NCBI RefSeq assembly: GCF_018350175.1
Contig: NC_058368.1
Location: forward strand, 216,444,001-216,508,000
From: Felis catus
Lineage: Eukaryota
Direction of reading: 5' to 3'
Length of the DNA stretch: 64,000 nucleotides
In this document: piece after piece, positions 25,051 to 38,581 of the stretch
Position numbering within the stretch: position 1 is the first letter of the stretch
Layout of the letters: every line of letters begins with the position of its first letter
The notes under the pieces: model-generated
Databases searched by the model: none
What the model was told of the DNA's origin: nothing
The model's input: the letters and a program-made list of their open reading frames with translations, nothing else
Translations under genes and position numbers: made by a program

Positions 25051-25671
25051 GAGATGCATGCAAAACTATAATAACTAAATACCTCATTGTCAGAACAAAC
25101 TACAAGTGTATCAAGTCTTAAGAGGACAGGATAGAGACACGGAATCTATCTTTTAAAAAAAGGATTTAGTTTGGCCTTTTGGCCAATTGTGTTAAATCAA
25201 GCTAACCTAATTTTTCATTTCACTGAGTCTATTCCACATTAGGTCTGATCTCATTAATGTTGTCTAAGTTGAATGCTTTTGGGAAAAAAAAATAACTCTA
25301 TTAAGCCATAAAGACACAATTAGTGAAATGTATTAGATGTGATTATAATGTGACGGATTATTTTTATAAGCATACCAAGCTTACAGACTCAAATGAATAT
25401 TCAACTTTACAGTGCTAACTTTGAAAGAATAAGCCATGTTGTAATGAAGCTTTTCTTGTTGAAACCTCATTTCTTCTCATTTTGAATTTAGCTCATAGAA
25501 GTTTTCAAGGTATATAGAAAATATCTGTATTCAATAAAAATATTTCCCAGTTTGTTTACCCAGACTTTCCCCACAATGCCTTGGGCATATTTTCAGAAAT
25601 TAAGTCTACCTTCTAATTAGGAAGCTATATAAATATTGAAGGTATTTCAATAACTAATTTAAAGACAAATT

Positions 25672-25858
25672 TACTTTTTATTTATTTTTTAATTTTTTTT
25701 AATATTTATTTATTTTTGAGAGAGAGAGAGACAGAGGATCTAAAGCAGGCTCTGTGCTGACAGCAGAGAGCCTGATACGGGGCTCAAACTCACAAACTGT
25801 GAGATCATGACCCGAACCGAAGTTGGACACTTAACCAATTGAGCCACCTAGGCACCTC
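25672..25858 (-). mobile_element. Can-SINE (internally shortened)
   Basis: Reverse SINE body with T-rich tail. Confidence 0.92.
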
Positions 25859-26514
25859 TAATTTGGAAACAAATTTAAAAGAAAGACTCCTCAAATAGTT
25901 TGAACAGTGGCAGGATCGTCAATATAAGTTTGCAGACAACTAGGTAATCACTTTGAAAAGACAGCATTCATGATATATTTGAAAAATATCAGTCGTGACA
26001 TTTCATAATTATATTCTAACAATAATTTCACTAATTGAATAATTTCATATTATGTACTTACTGATAAGGGACTTATTTGAAACAAGAGCTTCAATGTATT
26101 AATAGCATTAGACTAAATGCTACTTTGGGTTCACATCTTATACCTATCTGTAAGTAAAATCTTAACCATAGAAAATAAACCATTATGCCCTTTCATGGCG
26201 TCTAAGGAAAAAACTTACCAATGCACACAATTGCCTGAAATTTGATTAAATATGAAATGTTTATCACTGTTTTGTGAACATTGTATGACTGTTTTAAAAA
26301 ATAGAAAATGACACAAGACTGGGAAGAAATGCAAAAACATTTTCCTATGGTAAATTTATGGATAAACTTTTCATTTCTTTTTTTTTCTTTCCTTATGTTT
26401 TCCTTATTTTCAAATCTTTTCAACAAAGTCCAGCATCATATATTACTAAAATGATAGCATATTTATATTCAATATCTGAATACAAATAAATGGATATAAT
26501 TACACAAGGCTGTA

Positions 26515-28400
26515 AATACCAGGAAGATGGAGAATTGGGGGCCATTTTTAATGGTACCTACCATAGTCTTCCATCTAGCACCCAGTCCTTCCCATATGTA
26601 ATATAATATACACACCCCTGTTGAAGGTTTTCAAAACTCATCTGCTTAAAATCCAGAGTCTCATTTTCTGTACCAGGTCTAGGTATGAATGAGGCTCCCT
26701 GGTTCCTTAAGTATTTTTTCTTAAGTACTGTTCCACTCGAACTCCACCTACAAAATTAAGGAGGCAGATTATCTGTCTTCTGACCCACTCAATGGAAATG
26801 ATGGGATAGGCGTAGGATAACCATGGTAGACATTCTTGTTTAAAAATGGGAATGATTGGAGGAACAAAGGAGTCACTGTCCCATATAGTTCTATCCAGGC
26901 AGCAAATATTGGAAGTTTTTTGAGTAGGTTACAACTCCCTGCAATCGTTCTCTAATGCTTTTTGTGTCACTCTTTGGAATCATAGTTCTATCCCCTGAAT
27001 TATCCTTCCTTTTCAATGCTTCTTTTAGCTTGTGTGTACTATTGAGCAGCAATTTGAGCCTACTCCCTGCCAGTGTGTTTGAGAGGGTCCAACAACTTTA
27101 TTTACTTTGTACTGTTTCTGTCTTCCCTCAGTAAGTGCTGGTGATGCTTCTGCATATGTAACTCATTTAGGAAATATATGGATCTTCTGGGAATCTTCTT
27201 GGAGACTACTGAATTAGACAAAAGCCTCCCCTACAGATCTTTTCAAGATCAACCACTTTTTACCTTGGCCTTCTACTGAGAGACAATGTTCTTATTTTTC
27301 TTAGAAGCCCTACTGTGTAATTGAGAGGGCCTATGATGCGTACGTTTAAAATCTTTACAGGGTTTATGTCTTTTACTTCCTAATTACGTAATGTTTTTAT
27401 TGCAGAACCCTGGATTGCAGAACTTTGCTTGGATGTCATTTGTTGGAAGTTACTTCTTTATTTTAGTATCAAATATCATCTTAAGGGGCTGAGAATTTTC
27501 AAAATTATTGAGCCTGACTCCCTTTTATTTAGTAGTTTTTCTTCAATTTCTCTGTTCCTCTCACATTTAACTATAAGAAGTAAGAAGAAGTCATGTGACA
27601 TCTTCAAGACTTTGGTTAAAATATTAGATAGATTCTGTTCGTTAGGCATATTTGTCATACTGCATTTAAATGTTATGCTGCTGCATAACAAGGATACCCA
27701 TTTCTACGTTTTTTTTAAAGAGAGGTGTCATTGTCCGTTAAGCACTCACCAGCAACTTCTTCAAGTCTAAAATCCCATGGTGTGTTCTAAGCATTTTTAC
27801 TTTTTTTGCAAACACTTTCCTAAAAGTGTTGCTCGGTCCCAAAGCCACTTCCGTATTTTAGGTGTTTGTTACTGCTACTTACACGTACCAAAGTCTATAT
27901 TGGTTATTTATTATTACATAACAAATTACCAGAAAATCTTTGGTATCCCACAGTTTGTGTGATATAGGGTCAAGAATCCAGGGGCAGCTTAGATGGGTGC
28001 CTTTGCCACAGTGCCTTCATGTGCAAGTTGTTACTGGCAACTTACTGGCAAGTTGTGGCTTACAGTTGTGGTTATATTTGGAAATTCAATTGCAGAGTTG
28101 GGTGGTGGTTGAGTCTATGTTTATCCATATGATTTTGGGAGGCCTCGTTTCCTGGCCACATGGGCTTTTTGACATATGCCTCATAACATGGGGTCTGACT
28201 TCCCCTAGCATAAGCAAGCTAAGAAAGAGCAAGAAAGAAAGTGTCCAAGGGCATAGTATGTGCCCCAAATGGAAACTACAGTCTAATTCCATCCTTTCTG
28301 CCATATTCTATCTGTTGGAAGTTAAAAAGTTCACTTCGTACTCAAGCAAAAGAGAAAGATACTAATACATGGGTATCATGTAAGGAGTTCTTAGAGGTTG
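26515..28400 (-). mobile_element. MaLR internal region (~26515-27895) joined to an MLT1-type LTR (~27895-28400)
   Basis: Internal motifs ATGGGATAGGCGTAGGATAACC..GACATTCTTGTTTAAAAATGGG and the junction CCAAAGCCACTTCCGTATTTTAGGTGTTTGTTA..GTACCAAAGTCTATATTGGTTAT, then the LTR (ATAACAAATTACC..CACAGTT..GGGTCAAGAATCCAGGGGCAGCTTAG). Confidence 0.7.
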
Positions 28401-28870
28401 GCTAATTAATTCATCCATCTAATTAATTTACTTCTTGTACTTTATGTATGGGAAACACATCCTGAGTCACTTTAATGCATTCAGAAACATTGGAGCTTGT
28501 CCCTAAAAACAACCAAGGAACAACTATAATACAGCATAAATTTATACCATGAACCACTCATCAACATACTCAATCAAAATGAAGATACAAATGGAAAACT
28601 CAAAACAAACTTAGGAGAATGTTTTGGCGGCATGTTACCTCAAATACTGTTTCTATGATCAAAAGTTGTTAATGTCACCTCTCTTCGGTTCTTTGGAGAA
28701 TTAAATGAGCCAACTGATAGAAAGAACATAATATGATACCCACTGACTATTAGTGCTTAATAAATACTCACCATTACTACTGCTTCTACTATTATCATTG
28801 CTATCATTATCATTATTAAATAAATATTCTTTATTTTAGAAATACAAGAAATCTTTTTAAGATAGTTGTT

Positions 28871-29045
28871 GGGGCACCTGGTGCCTCAGCTTGTTGTCTG
28901 ACTCTTGATTTCAGTTCATGTCTTGATCTCAGGTCATGAGTTCAAGCTCCACATAGGGCTTGACATTAGACATGGAGCCTACTTAAAAATGCATAAAAAT
29001 AATAAAATAAAATAAAATAAATAAAATAAAATAAAATAGAAAATA
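28871..29045 (+). mobile_element. Older Can-SINE with (AAAAT)n tail
   Basis: GGGGCACCTGG..TGACTCTTGATTTCAG..TGAGTTCAAGCTCCAC. Confidence 0.85.
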
Positions 29046-29329
29046 GGTATTGAAATAGACAGTCTTTTTAATATATTTTTTTCTGCAACTCAGTGCTGTA
29101 AAATACATTGTCAATAAGGCATATTTGAAAAGATATTACTATCTGGAATTTAACATAAATAAATATCTGTGATTTATACCTGAATTATTCCAACAGAAAC
29201 AAAGGACACTTTGCTAACACCTGGAGACCTTATAACCTAAAGTAAAATAAAAAAAAAAATAGAAGCATAATATTCATAGTGTAAATATTTAAAAAAACAC
29301 ATATATTGTGAGTAAAGTTTGCTGAATTT

Positions 29330-30110
29330 TCAAACTACTGATGTAAATAGTACCTAGATTTATAAACATTATCAATGATCCAGAAGTCCCTTGAGGAGCT
29401 TTTTAGTCACCATACCCCCATAAGGGTAACCACAGTTCTGATTTCTTAAACCATAGACTTGTTTTGCCTACTTTGAACTTTATATAAATTTGTACACTTT
29501 CATGTTTGAGTTATTTTGCTATCTTATATTTGTGAGATCTATCCATACTGTTTGTTGTCTGTGTTAACAGATAATTCATTTTCAGTGCTGCATAATATTC
29601 TACTTGTAATCATACCATAATTTATCCATTCTATTGTTGACTGGAATTTTTTTCAGTTTTTGGCTGTTATAAATACTGTTGTGATGGGGCACCTGGGTGG
29701 CTCAGTCAGTTAAGTGTCCGACTTCGGCTCAGGTCATGATCTCACAGTCTGTGAGTTCGAGCCCCGCATCAGGTTCTGTGCTGACAGCTCAGAGTCTGGA
29801 GCCTGCTTTGGATTCTATGTCTCCCTCTCTCTCTCTCTGTCCCTCCCCTGCTCACGCTCTGTCTCTCTCCCTCTCTCAAAAATAAATAAACATTAAAAAA
29901 AATAATAATGTTGTGATTAACATTCTTATTCATAATTTTGGTAAACATAGTTTGCACTACTTTTGGGGTATATACTAAATGTGGAATTGTTGTATCATAG
30001 ATTACATGTATATTATGTTTTAGTGGTTAGCGGCAGAGTGTGTGTGTTTGAGCATCTTCACCAAGCAGTATGTGATTGGTCTGCTTGCTCCTCGTTCTTG
30101 AAAACACTTA
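29330..30110 (-). mobile_element. Old L1 3' fragment, interrupted by a SINE
   Basis: AACCACAGTTCTGATTTCT..TTTTGCCTACTTTGAACTTTATATAAA..TTTGTGAGATCTATCCAT..TTTATCCATTCTATTGTTGA..GTGGAATTG. Confidence 0.75.
29686..29905 (+). mobile_element. Can-SINE
   Basis: Near-consensus body; TSD TGTTGTGAT. Confidence 0.95.
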
Positions 30111-30117
30111 CTGTCAT

Positions 30118-30469
30118 TGCGATGGACTGAATATTTGGGTATTCCCAAAATTCAAATGTTGAATCAATTAACCAAATGTGCTAGTATCTGGACGTGTGGC
30201 CTTTGAGAGGTAGTTAAGTCATGAAAGTGGAACTCCATTAATGGATTAGTGCCCTTTGAAGAAGAAGCCAGAGAGTTAGATAATTCTGTTCCACCTGTGA
30301 GGATACAACAGGAAGTCAGCTGCCTGCAATCACCAGAAAAGGGCTTTTCCCAGTGCCTAAAACATGCTGGCACCTTGATCTCAGACTCCCAAAACTCTGA
30401 GAAATAAATTTTGTTGTTGATATACCCCCCAATTTTTGGTATTTTGTTATAGCAGTCCAAATTATGACA
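30118..30469 (+). mobile_element. MLT1A/B-type MaLR solo LTR
   Basis: TG.GATGGACTGAATATTTG..CCCAAAATTCAAATGTTGAA..GGCACCTTGATCTCAGACTCCCA..GAGAAATAAATTT..GGTATTTTGTTATAGCAG. Confidence 0.88.
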
Positions 30470-33174
30470 ATCATTTGCCATTTTTCATTACATTACCTTC
30501 CTTGCATTGGGAATATATTATTATCTCACAGTTGTAATTTGTGTAAGACATAGGCCCAATCTCTTGATGGAAGGATTGTCAAAAAATCTGGCTATCTTTA
30601 ATTTGCCAGAAACTGTTAGAAAGAAGGACTAAAGAATGAGATCTTAATCACATAATTGGCATGAGAATGTTTGTTTAATGACGTTTATCTTAGATGGATA
30701 GAAAAGAACATAAAATAAGTGTTTGATACCTTATATTTACCTAACAAACTAACTTTATTTGTCATAAACATTAATTGCATACACACAATTGTGTTTATAA
30801 ACCATCACATGCTTAATTTTTTTGCCAAAGGTTTGCTGAGATGACTTTCAAAGTTTCTTTCTTCCTTGATTTACAGTTATATTTAAGAAAAAAAAAAAAC
30901 TAAAAAGATGTTCAACTTCCATTATCTTTATAGTATCACATGAAGCTGAGTTATTGACAGTCACATTTCCCCCAAAGAAAAGCGTTTTTCAGGAGTTAAG
31001 AAAAAAATGGTTTAAGGGGAAAATCCAAGTAATAATGAATTCTAACAGAGGAGGAAGGATAATCATGAATCTTATTTACAAGTAATAAAATTTCTATATT
31101 GTACCTGAAACTAATATAACACTTTATGTTAACTAACTGGAACTACAATAAAAACCTTAAAAAAATGAAATTCACAATTAAACATTCATTCTTATCTCAT
31201 TTTCTATTTCCAAAATATACCTCAATCCTAAACATTAAATTTTTCAGTATACTTACAAATGATCAATGCTAAAGTATCAATTTATTATTAAATATCTTTA
31301 TATATATTAAAAGAGTTGGCAACATTTCACAGAGAATACATCTGTAAATTTATTACCCAGAGATTTTCTAAACATTTGAACTGAAAACATATGTAAGCCA
31401 TACATGAAATAAAGAGTGTTGAGATAAGATTCAAAACTTATCTGCACCATTCTAGTGCTACAGAAGCACTTTGAATCACTGATTTAGGAATTAGACTACT
31501 TACTCAGTGTATTAATGTATGTTAATAATAAATAAATTGCAGAATTCTGAATTAAAATTAATTTCAGAGTTCACGTCCAAATTCGATCTTCAGTTCTGAA
31601 AGTTCTTCAACTAGGCACATCATATGTGAATTGCCTATTATTAGAAAAGGCATAAACCTAAAGAAACTAGTCACTATACTAATTCAATTAGAGAATTAAA
31701 ACATTAAATTATTAACATATAATGTAAAAGTGGATTTCATGGAAATATATATAACTGCATAAATATCATAACGTATTTTCCAAGCTAAATACTTACCTGA
31801 AACAAATTTAAGAATAAAAGAAGAAATAAACATAACAATATAAAACCCAGATATGTTCCTGAAGCTTAGAACTGTCTTCATTTACATATCTAATTGCACT
31901 TGATGCTAATCCCAATCAAAATATTTAGCCAGATTTTAAATTGGATTCCCAAAGATATTTGACAAAATGTTTCACAAATATGGGCAGGTTCTTGAGCAGA
32001 GTATTCGAGCCTTTACCAGTGATTTACAGGGAGCCTGTGGAAAACTCAGATTAGTGTTAGAAATAGCTGCATTTCTTTTCTGCTATCAAAATCAAAGCAT
32101 AATGTATATTTTAATGCAACTTATTTTTTTTATTGAACTGTATATGTTAATAAATAACCATTTGCTAGCATACCTCATCCACTTTCGGGCAGTTTTATCT
32201 CGTGTTTACACTGTGGCTTTGAGATATATTATACCTGGCTACCATGAGAATTCTTCCAGACTACTCAAAGGCTATTATTAAAAACCATAGCTGTGGATTT
32301 TAGTTTATCCCTCCCACCACAGACACACATATTTATAGCACATTTTAAGTCTGTCAACCATATTCTACTATTTTTCATTTTTTTTTATTTTTGAAAATTC
32401 ACAAAAGAAGCTAAGTTTAAACCCAGCCAAGTAAAACATTGGTTTTTGATGGTTTATGCTTTTCTAAGGAATAGAAACTTCTTAGAATGAAATAATAATT
32501 TCATTTAGATGAAATTCTTTAGATGAAATAGTAATGTTTTTAATTTATAACATTAATTTCTTTAATCTAAGGGTATAATATCCCCTCCCTCTAACATATT
32601 AATGAATTTTAATGATATATTACAAAATTTGACTAATAAATTTAATAAGTTTAGCTAAGTAGTTTAATTTGTTTTAATTATCTCTCAAGTTTATATTAGT
32701 ATGTTTTTGGCATCATAGGAGAAACAACAAAAGTTATAAAATGTGGCCGCTTTTCAATTTATTTGGGAGATTAAGATACTGAAAAACATATTACCTAAAA
32801 TAATTAAAGAATATTTATCATAACAAATTGAAATGTTTACATTGTCCTTATCCAGAATTCTAGATATAAGTTAATAGATAATTCATTTCTGGTTGCAATA
32901 ATCAATAGATTATTATAACAAGGATGTGAGATGACTCTGAAAAATAAATAAATGTTGGTAATATAAAGAAGAGTTAGTTAAAAGTTTGAAGAATTGACAA
33001 TAAGTAAGCAGAGTACATATCTGTTAATATAATGTGAATTTATATAGTTTTTATACACATTTTGTCCATAATATATCTATTAATGTATATAACACCATAA
33101 CATGCATGTGTAATGCATATTTTATATATACAGTGTATGTTGTTTGTATAAGAAACAAAGTGGGAAGATTGTTG

Positions 33175-33378
33175 ATTTTTTTTAATTATATTTTTGAAGT
33201 TTATTTATTTTGAGAGTGAGAAGGCACGCGAGCAGACTAGGGTCAGAGAGAGGAAGAGAGAGAATTCCAAGCACTCTCCACACTGACAGTGGCTGGGCTT
33301 GATCTCATGAACCATGAGATCATTGCCTGAGCCAGAATCAAGTCAGACACTCAACCCACTGAGCCATCACAACACCCT
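33175..33378 (-). mobile_element. Can-SINE (older)
   Basis: Reverse SINE body. Confidence 0.85.
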
Positions 33379-33879
33379 ACATTATTGAAATTTAAAGAAT
33401 GTAGACGACAGCTTTAGTTTTCAAGAATGTTTGGAACCACTGAAAAATTTTAAGCATAGAATATAAATATATATTTAAATGTATACCAACTCAATGAGTA
33501 AATTGGAGTAAAAAAATGAAGAAAGCAGAAAAGAGTCCCAATGCTAGTTTGCTTAGCATAGATAGTCAAATAAAATATTCATTGCTCACTTTCATAACTA
33601 TAAGAAAATTCTATCTATACCCTAGAGTGTACATATGTACATGTATTACACATTTTTAAACATCAGTAATGCATTCTAGATTAAAATATAGATATAGACA
33701 AGATGAAAATGCAATAGGATCCAGCCACTTACAGGATTTTTTTAATCATTCATCTTGTTTCTCATTTTTCAAATATGTGTGTGTGTATAACAGAAAGTTA
33801 CCAATAGTTTCAAGAACGCTGCACTGAAAATGTGTTAGTAGTTTTAAGTATATTGTTGGAAGGAGGAAATTGATTAATT

Positions 33880-34111
33880 CATTTATCTATCTATTTATTT
33901 ATTTATTTTGATTTATTTTCGAGAGAGAGACAGAGAGACAGAACACAAGCAGGGGAGGGGCAGAGAGAGAGAGAGGGAGACACAGAATCCGAAGGAGGCT
34001 CCAGGATCTGAGCTGTCAGCACAGATCCCGACTTGAGACTGGAACCCAACTGTGAGATCACGACCTGAGCTGAAGTCGGACACTTAACCTACGGAGCCGT
34101 CCAGGCACCCC
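33880..34111 (-). mobile_element. Can-SINE
   Basis: Reverse SINE body with (TTTA)n tail. Confidence 0.93.
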
Positions 34112-34562
34112 AGGATGAAATTACTTTAAAGCAAATTTTCCTTCTTTACTGTAAATAATAACTTGAGTAACCTGTTCATGCAAATGCAAGTAGATAAGTT
34201 CATTGCTCCAGAAACCAGTTTTTACGGCTTGCTAGGGGAGAGACCCACCACTTCAATACTCCTATATATATACAGAGCTACTTGGTAGTGAGGAGACATG
34301 GGGCTTTGGAGGAATCTGAGTATGGAAATACAGTCCCTGTGTCTCTTGACTTAATCTGGTGCCAGTTTAGGTTTTCTAGTGGAACCAAAACAAAATGTCG
34401 TCCAACAAAAATCATGGGAGGAGGGCACCACTGGCCCTGAATGATTGCAGTCTTTTACAGTGGGGAGCCCTACCATTGCCTGATAAGGAAAGGTTTCCTA
34501 TACATTGATTTAAGTAAGCTACCCAAGATCAACAGCAAGAAAGTAGCAGAGCAGCATTTGAA

Positions 34563-34704
34563 CTTTGGAAAAATGTGTATTCAGGGTTGTCTCCTATTTT
34601 TAATTAATTAATGAATTAATTGGTGTTGAGTTGGATAAGTTCTTTATACATTTTGGAGAATTACCCCCTTATCAAATATATTATTTACAAATGTCTTCTC
34701 CCAT
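34563..34704 (+). repeat. ~142-bp near-identical direct copy of 36297-36437 (L1-derived)
   Basis: CTTTGGAAAAATGTGTATTCAGGG..TAATTAATTAATGAATTAATTGGTGTTGAGTTGGATAAG..CAAATGTCTTCTCCCAT present at both sites with only a few differences. Confidence 0.95.
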
Positions 34705-35102
34705 AATACCCTAACTGGAACCCTAACCTCAGCCAGATGTTCGTACTCTACAAAACCTCAGCAGAGCTAGTTATGAAGGTGTCCCCTCCATGCCTTCTTC
34801 AAGGCAGATATATTACCAGTTCCCAGTTAGTAAGTGCATAGCCCTTTTCTACACAAGTGATAATCTCTGCAAGCAGTAATGATATTCTGCAGTAGCAAAA
34901 GACATATGTCTGAATTGAGATTTAAGCACAATGAGAAAAAAAAAAAGTTTCAGCACTATTTGTTTGAGAACTGAAAAAGCCTTATTAGGGTTTTTGGAAT
35001 TTTTGGAAAAGGAAAAGGAATTTAATTTGGATATGTTTTATTCTGGTTGTAAGTAAAAGGAAAACCAACCATTAGTAGAGCAGTCTTTCTTGTGAAATCA
35101 GA

Positions 35103-35484
35103 TACAGTGGGTGGGATTGTGTCCCCCCACAGAAAGGTATGCCGAATTCTCACTCCCAGAACCTGTGAGTGTGATCCTTTTTTAAAAAGGGCTTTCCAGA
35201 TATAAATAAGTTACAGACCTCAAGATGACATCATCCTGGATCTAAGGTAGGCCCTAAACCTAGTAACAATTATCCTTGTAAGAGACACACAGAGGAGATG
35301 ACCATGGAAAGGTGGAGGCAGAGACTGGAGTTACTCAGAACCATAGGATCATCCAAAGCCAGCAACCTGGAGGGGGTCAGGAGCTGATTCTCCCCCAGAG
35401 AATGTTACCCCTATGTGATCATGATTTTGGTCTCTGACCTAACCATCAGTTAGAGAAAAAATTATGTTCTACTAAACCACCCAG

Positions 35485-35541
<57 letters not shown>

Positions 35542-35562
35542 AAGCTGTAGGAAACAAATACA
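35103..35562 (+). mobile_element. MLT1C/D-type MaLR solo LTR with an internal (TA)n
   Basis: ATTGTGTCCCCCC..GAACCTGTGAGTGTGA..CTCAAGATGACATCATCCTGGAT..GGCCCTAAA..GGAGGCAGAGACTGGAGT..GTAGGAAACAAATACA. Confidence 0.85.
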
Positions 35563-36055
35563 ACAGGGTTAAAAACAGCCATTCCTGACCCTTTTAGTAT
35601 TGATTACAATATTGAAACAAGGGTAATTCTGGTCCTGTTGCCTTTTAATCTCTCACATGACTATGTAAGTAAAACATTTCAGAATGCTTTTGGCAATATA
35701 TCTTTCAACTTGACCAGTAACTACATCACTAACATGAATATCATTTGTTTTTGTTTTTGTTTTTGTTTTTTAATGTGTTAAATATTTGGAAGAAACATTT
35801 ATTTTTTTAAGAAAAGGAAAATAAAGATGGAATAATTTATATCTTTGGCTTTCCAGTTACTAAAAGTTCTTTAGTGCTCTAATTTGTTTTAGATAGGTAT
35901 TGTTTCATTACTTAAAGTCTGTATAATTGTGTGAGTAAGCACCTTTATTTCAGACAACACAAGTTAATATTGAAACTCTACCATCATAAGTTGTATGTCT
36001 TGGACAGTTTGCTTAACTTCTTATAGGAAAAATTAACTGATCTAGGAGCAAAATA

Positions 36056-37150
36056 TTTTTTGAGGAACCTCCATACTTTTTCTCACAGTGTCTATACCAA
36101 TTTGCGTTTCCACCAACAGTGCACAAGAGTTCCTGTTTTTCCACATGCTTGCTGACACTTGTTATTTCTTGTCTTTTTGATTCTAGCTCTTCTGACAGTG
36201 TAAAGTGGTATCTCATTGTGGTTTTGATTTGTATTCCCCTGATGATGAGTGATGCTGAGGATCTTTTCATGTGTCTATTGGCCATCTGTATGTCTTCTTT
36301 GGAAAAATGTGTATTCAGGGTTCTCCCTATTTTTAATTAATTAATGAATTAATTGGTGTTGAGTTGGATAAGTTCTTTATACATTTTAGAGAATTACCTC
36401 CTTATCAAATATATTATTTACAAATGTCTTCTCCCATTCAGTAGATTGTCTTTTGTTTTATTGGTGGTTTCCTTCACTGTGCAAAAGCTTTTTATTTTTG
36501 TTTAATCCCAGTAGTTTATTTTTGCTTTTGCTTTTCTTGCCTGAGGATAGAATTACCATGTTACCTAGTAATTCTACCACTGGGTATTTATCCAAAGAAA
36601 AAGAAAACACCAGTTTGAAAAGATATACATGCACCTACGTTTACTGGAGCATTATTTATAATAGCCAAGCTATGGAAGGAGGCCATGTTCATCAGTAGAT
36701 GGATGGATAAAAAGGATGTGGTGAATATGTACAATGGAATATTACAGAGCCATAAAATTAAATGAGATCTTGCCATTTGCAACAACATAGATGGACCTGG
36801 AAGGTATAATACTAGGTGAAAAAGTCAACCAGAGCAACACAAATACCACATGATTTCATTCGTATGTGGAATGTAAGAAACAAAACAAATGAACAGCAAA
36901 AAACAAACAAACAAACAAAACAGAGAGAGAGAAACAAACAAATAAACAAACAAAAAACCCAGATTCTCAAATAGAATAAACTAAGAGTTTCCAGAGGGCA
37001 GGTGGGTGAGAGGATGGATGAAATAGGTAACGGGGATTAAGAGAACATTTATCGTGATGAGCACTGAGTAATGTATAGAATTGTTCAACTAAAAAAAAAA
37101 GAATTGTTGAATTATTATATTATACACCTAAAGCTGAAATAACAGTATGT
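36056..37150. mobile_element. L1 with a 5' inversion: ORF2 C-terminal part on the minus strand (~36056-36547), 3' end on the plus strand (~36547-37150)
   Basis: Minus [30 protein letters not shown] is the L1 ORF2 C-terminus. The plus part begins ATAGAATTACCAT, the sequence that follows GGAGGTTCCTCAAAAAA in L1, and runs through the 3'UTR. Confidence 0.88.
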
Positions 37151-38581
37151 TCATTATTCTTCAATAAAATTATGCTATCAATACACAAAAATAATAAACC
37201 ACATAAGCAAAATAACTGCCTATATAAAGTTCTGAAGACTAAGTAATATAATGCATGTACTTGTGCTCTTTATGGTTAGGAAATAGTTCTTCAGAGAAAT
37301 AGAATAATGATTGCAAAGATAATACATGAGCAATATTTAGAGGCATGTGACATCATAGTAAATATCTTTTTTATTATTACTATAATCTCTTTTATTATTA
37401 TTTTGTTTTCAATTTGAGTTTCATGTTTCAATCGGAGCAAGTGGAAAAAAGCTTATAAGAATGTAATTTATTCTTTGGTGTCATAAAACTTACATAAAGG
37501 TAATTATAATAAATTGTCAAATTTTAGAGAGAACAATTTATTTTAACGTCTAAATTTTATTACTCTTCCATTAAGTAGTTAATATTTACTTGAAAGTGAA
37601 TAGGCACTTTATTTGTTAATAGCCTCTTAAATTTAATTACCTCAGAACATCTGTGTAGTTACCTTCCATGGCAGGCTACTTAATGTTTCTTAATAAGAGC
37701 AGAAAGATTTAAAATATTTTTATTGTTAAGTCTTTTGTTAGGTTCATTGAAAAGGTCCATGTAATTCATATGTATGTACAGTCTAAGGTTTTGCTTCAAA
37801 TAATTTATGAAATAATTTTTAAACATAACTTTAATGTCAGTGGAATAATTAAGCAGTGCATATCCCTTAAACATTGCTTATAGTGCTTTTTTTTCCCCAC
37901 AGAAGAACCTTGTAAAATACTTCATAGAAACTTCAGATATACTTCAAAGTAGTTAAGAGTAAAGGTATAGTTTGCTGATTTAACAACTGTACTTATAAAC
38001 CTATCTATCTACCATAATTGGTAATTGCAGGTATGTTAGGAGAAGTTAAAAGTCCTATTTTTCTTTAAATAAAACATGTTACTTATGTGATGGATTCAAT
38101 AGGTGTCTCCTCAGTTTTATTTTATTTTATTCATGCATTGTCTAAAGCAAAACATACAGAGCTAAACTCTCATAATTTTGAAGCTTCCTTCCACCAAAGA
38201 TGTCGTTTACTTTTGACAATTCACTTCCTAGTTTTACGGAATGTAAATCAAGGCATGATAGCTGTATACTCTGTGATCTTCCACTGCTTCGGATTTTCTA
38301 AGACAACATGTTCATTAGCCCTAAGAACTTCTTAATCAGACGAATACTTTTGAAAATGATGAAAGATTAATACGTCTTTCTCATTTCAAAACCTAGCAAA
38401 TGTTATAACTTTAAGTGTAAACTGATTTGATTTAAGGATGTGTTTCAGCCCATACACTCATCCACCCACACATGCACACACACTCACAGAAAACACAGGG
38501 GAACATTAGCCTTAGAGCATGTTCTAAATGACAAAATGCAATTTTTTTTCTAACTCTATCAACAAGTTTCTATCCCTTCCT

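Noticed and set aside
34708..34714. CCCTAACTG-like match to the telomerase RNA template region
   Set aside because: Too short to distinguish from chance; better explained as local junction filler.
36013..36788. ORFs with real protein-like sequence
   Set aside because: Fragments of L1 ORF2 and antisense L1 3' sequence; covered by the L1 feature.
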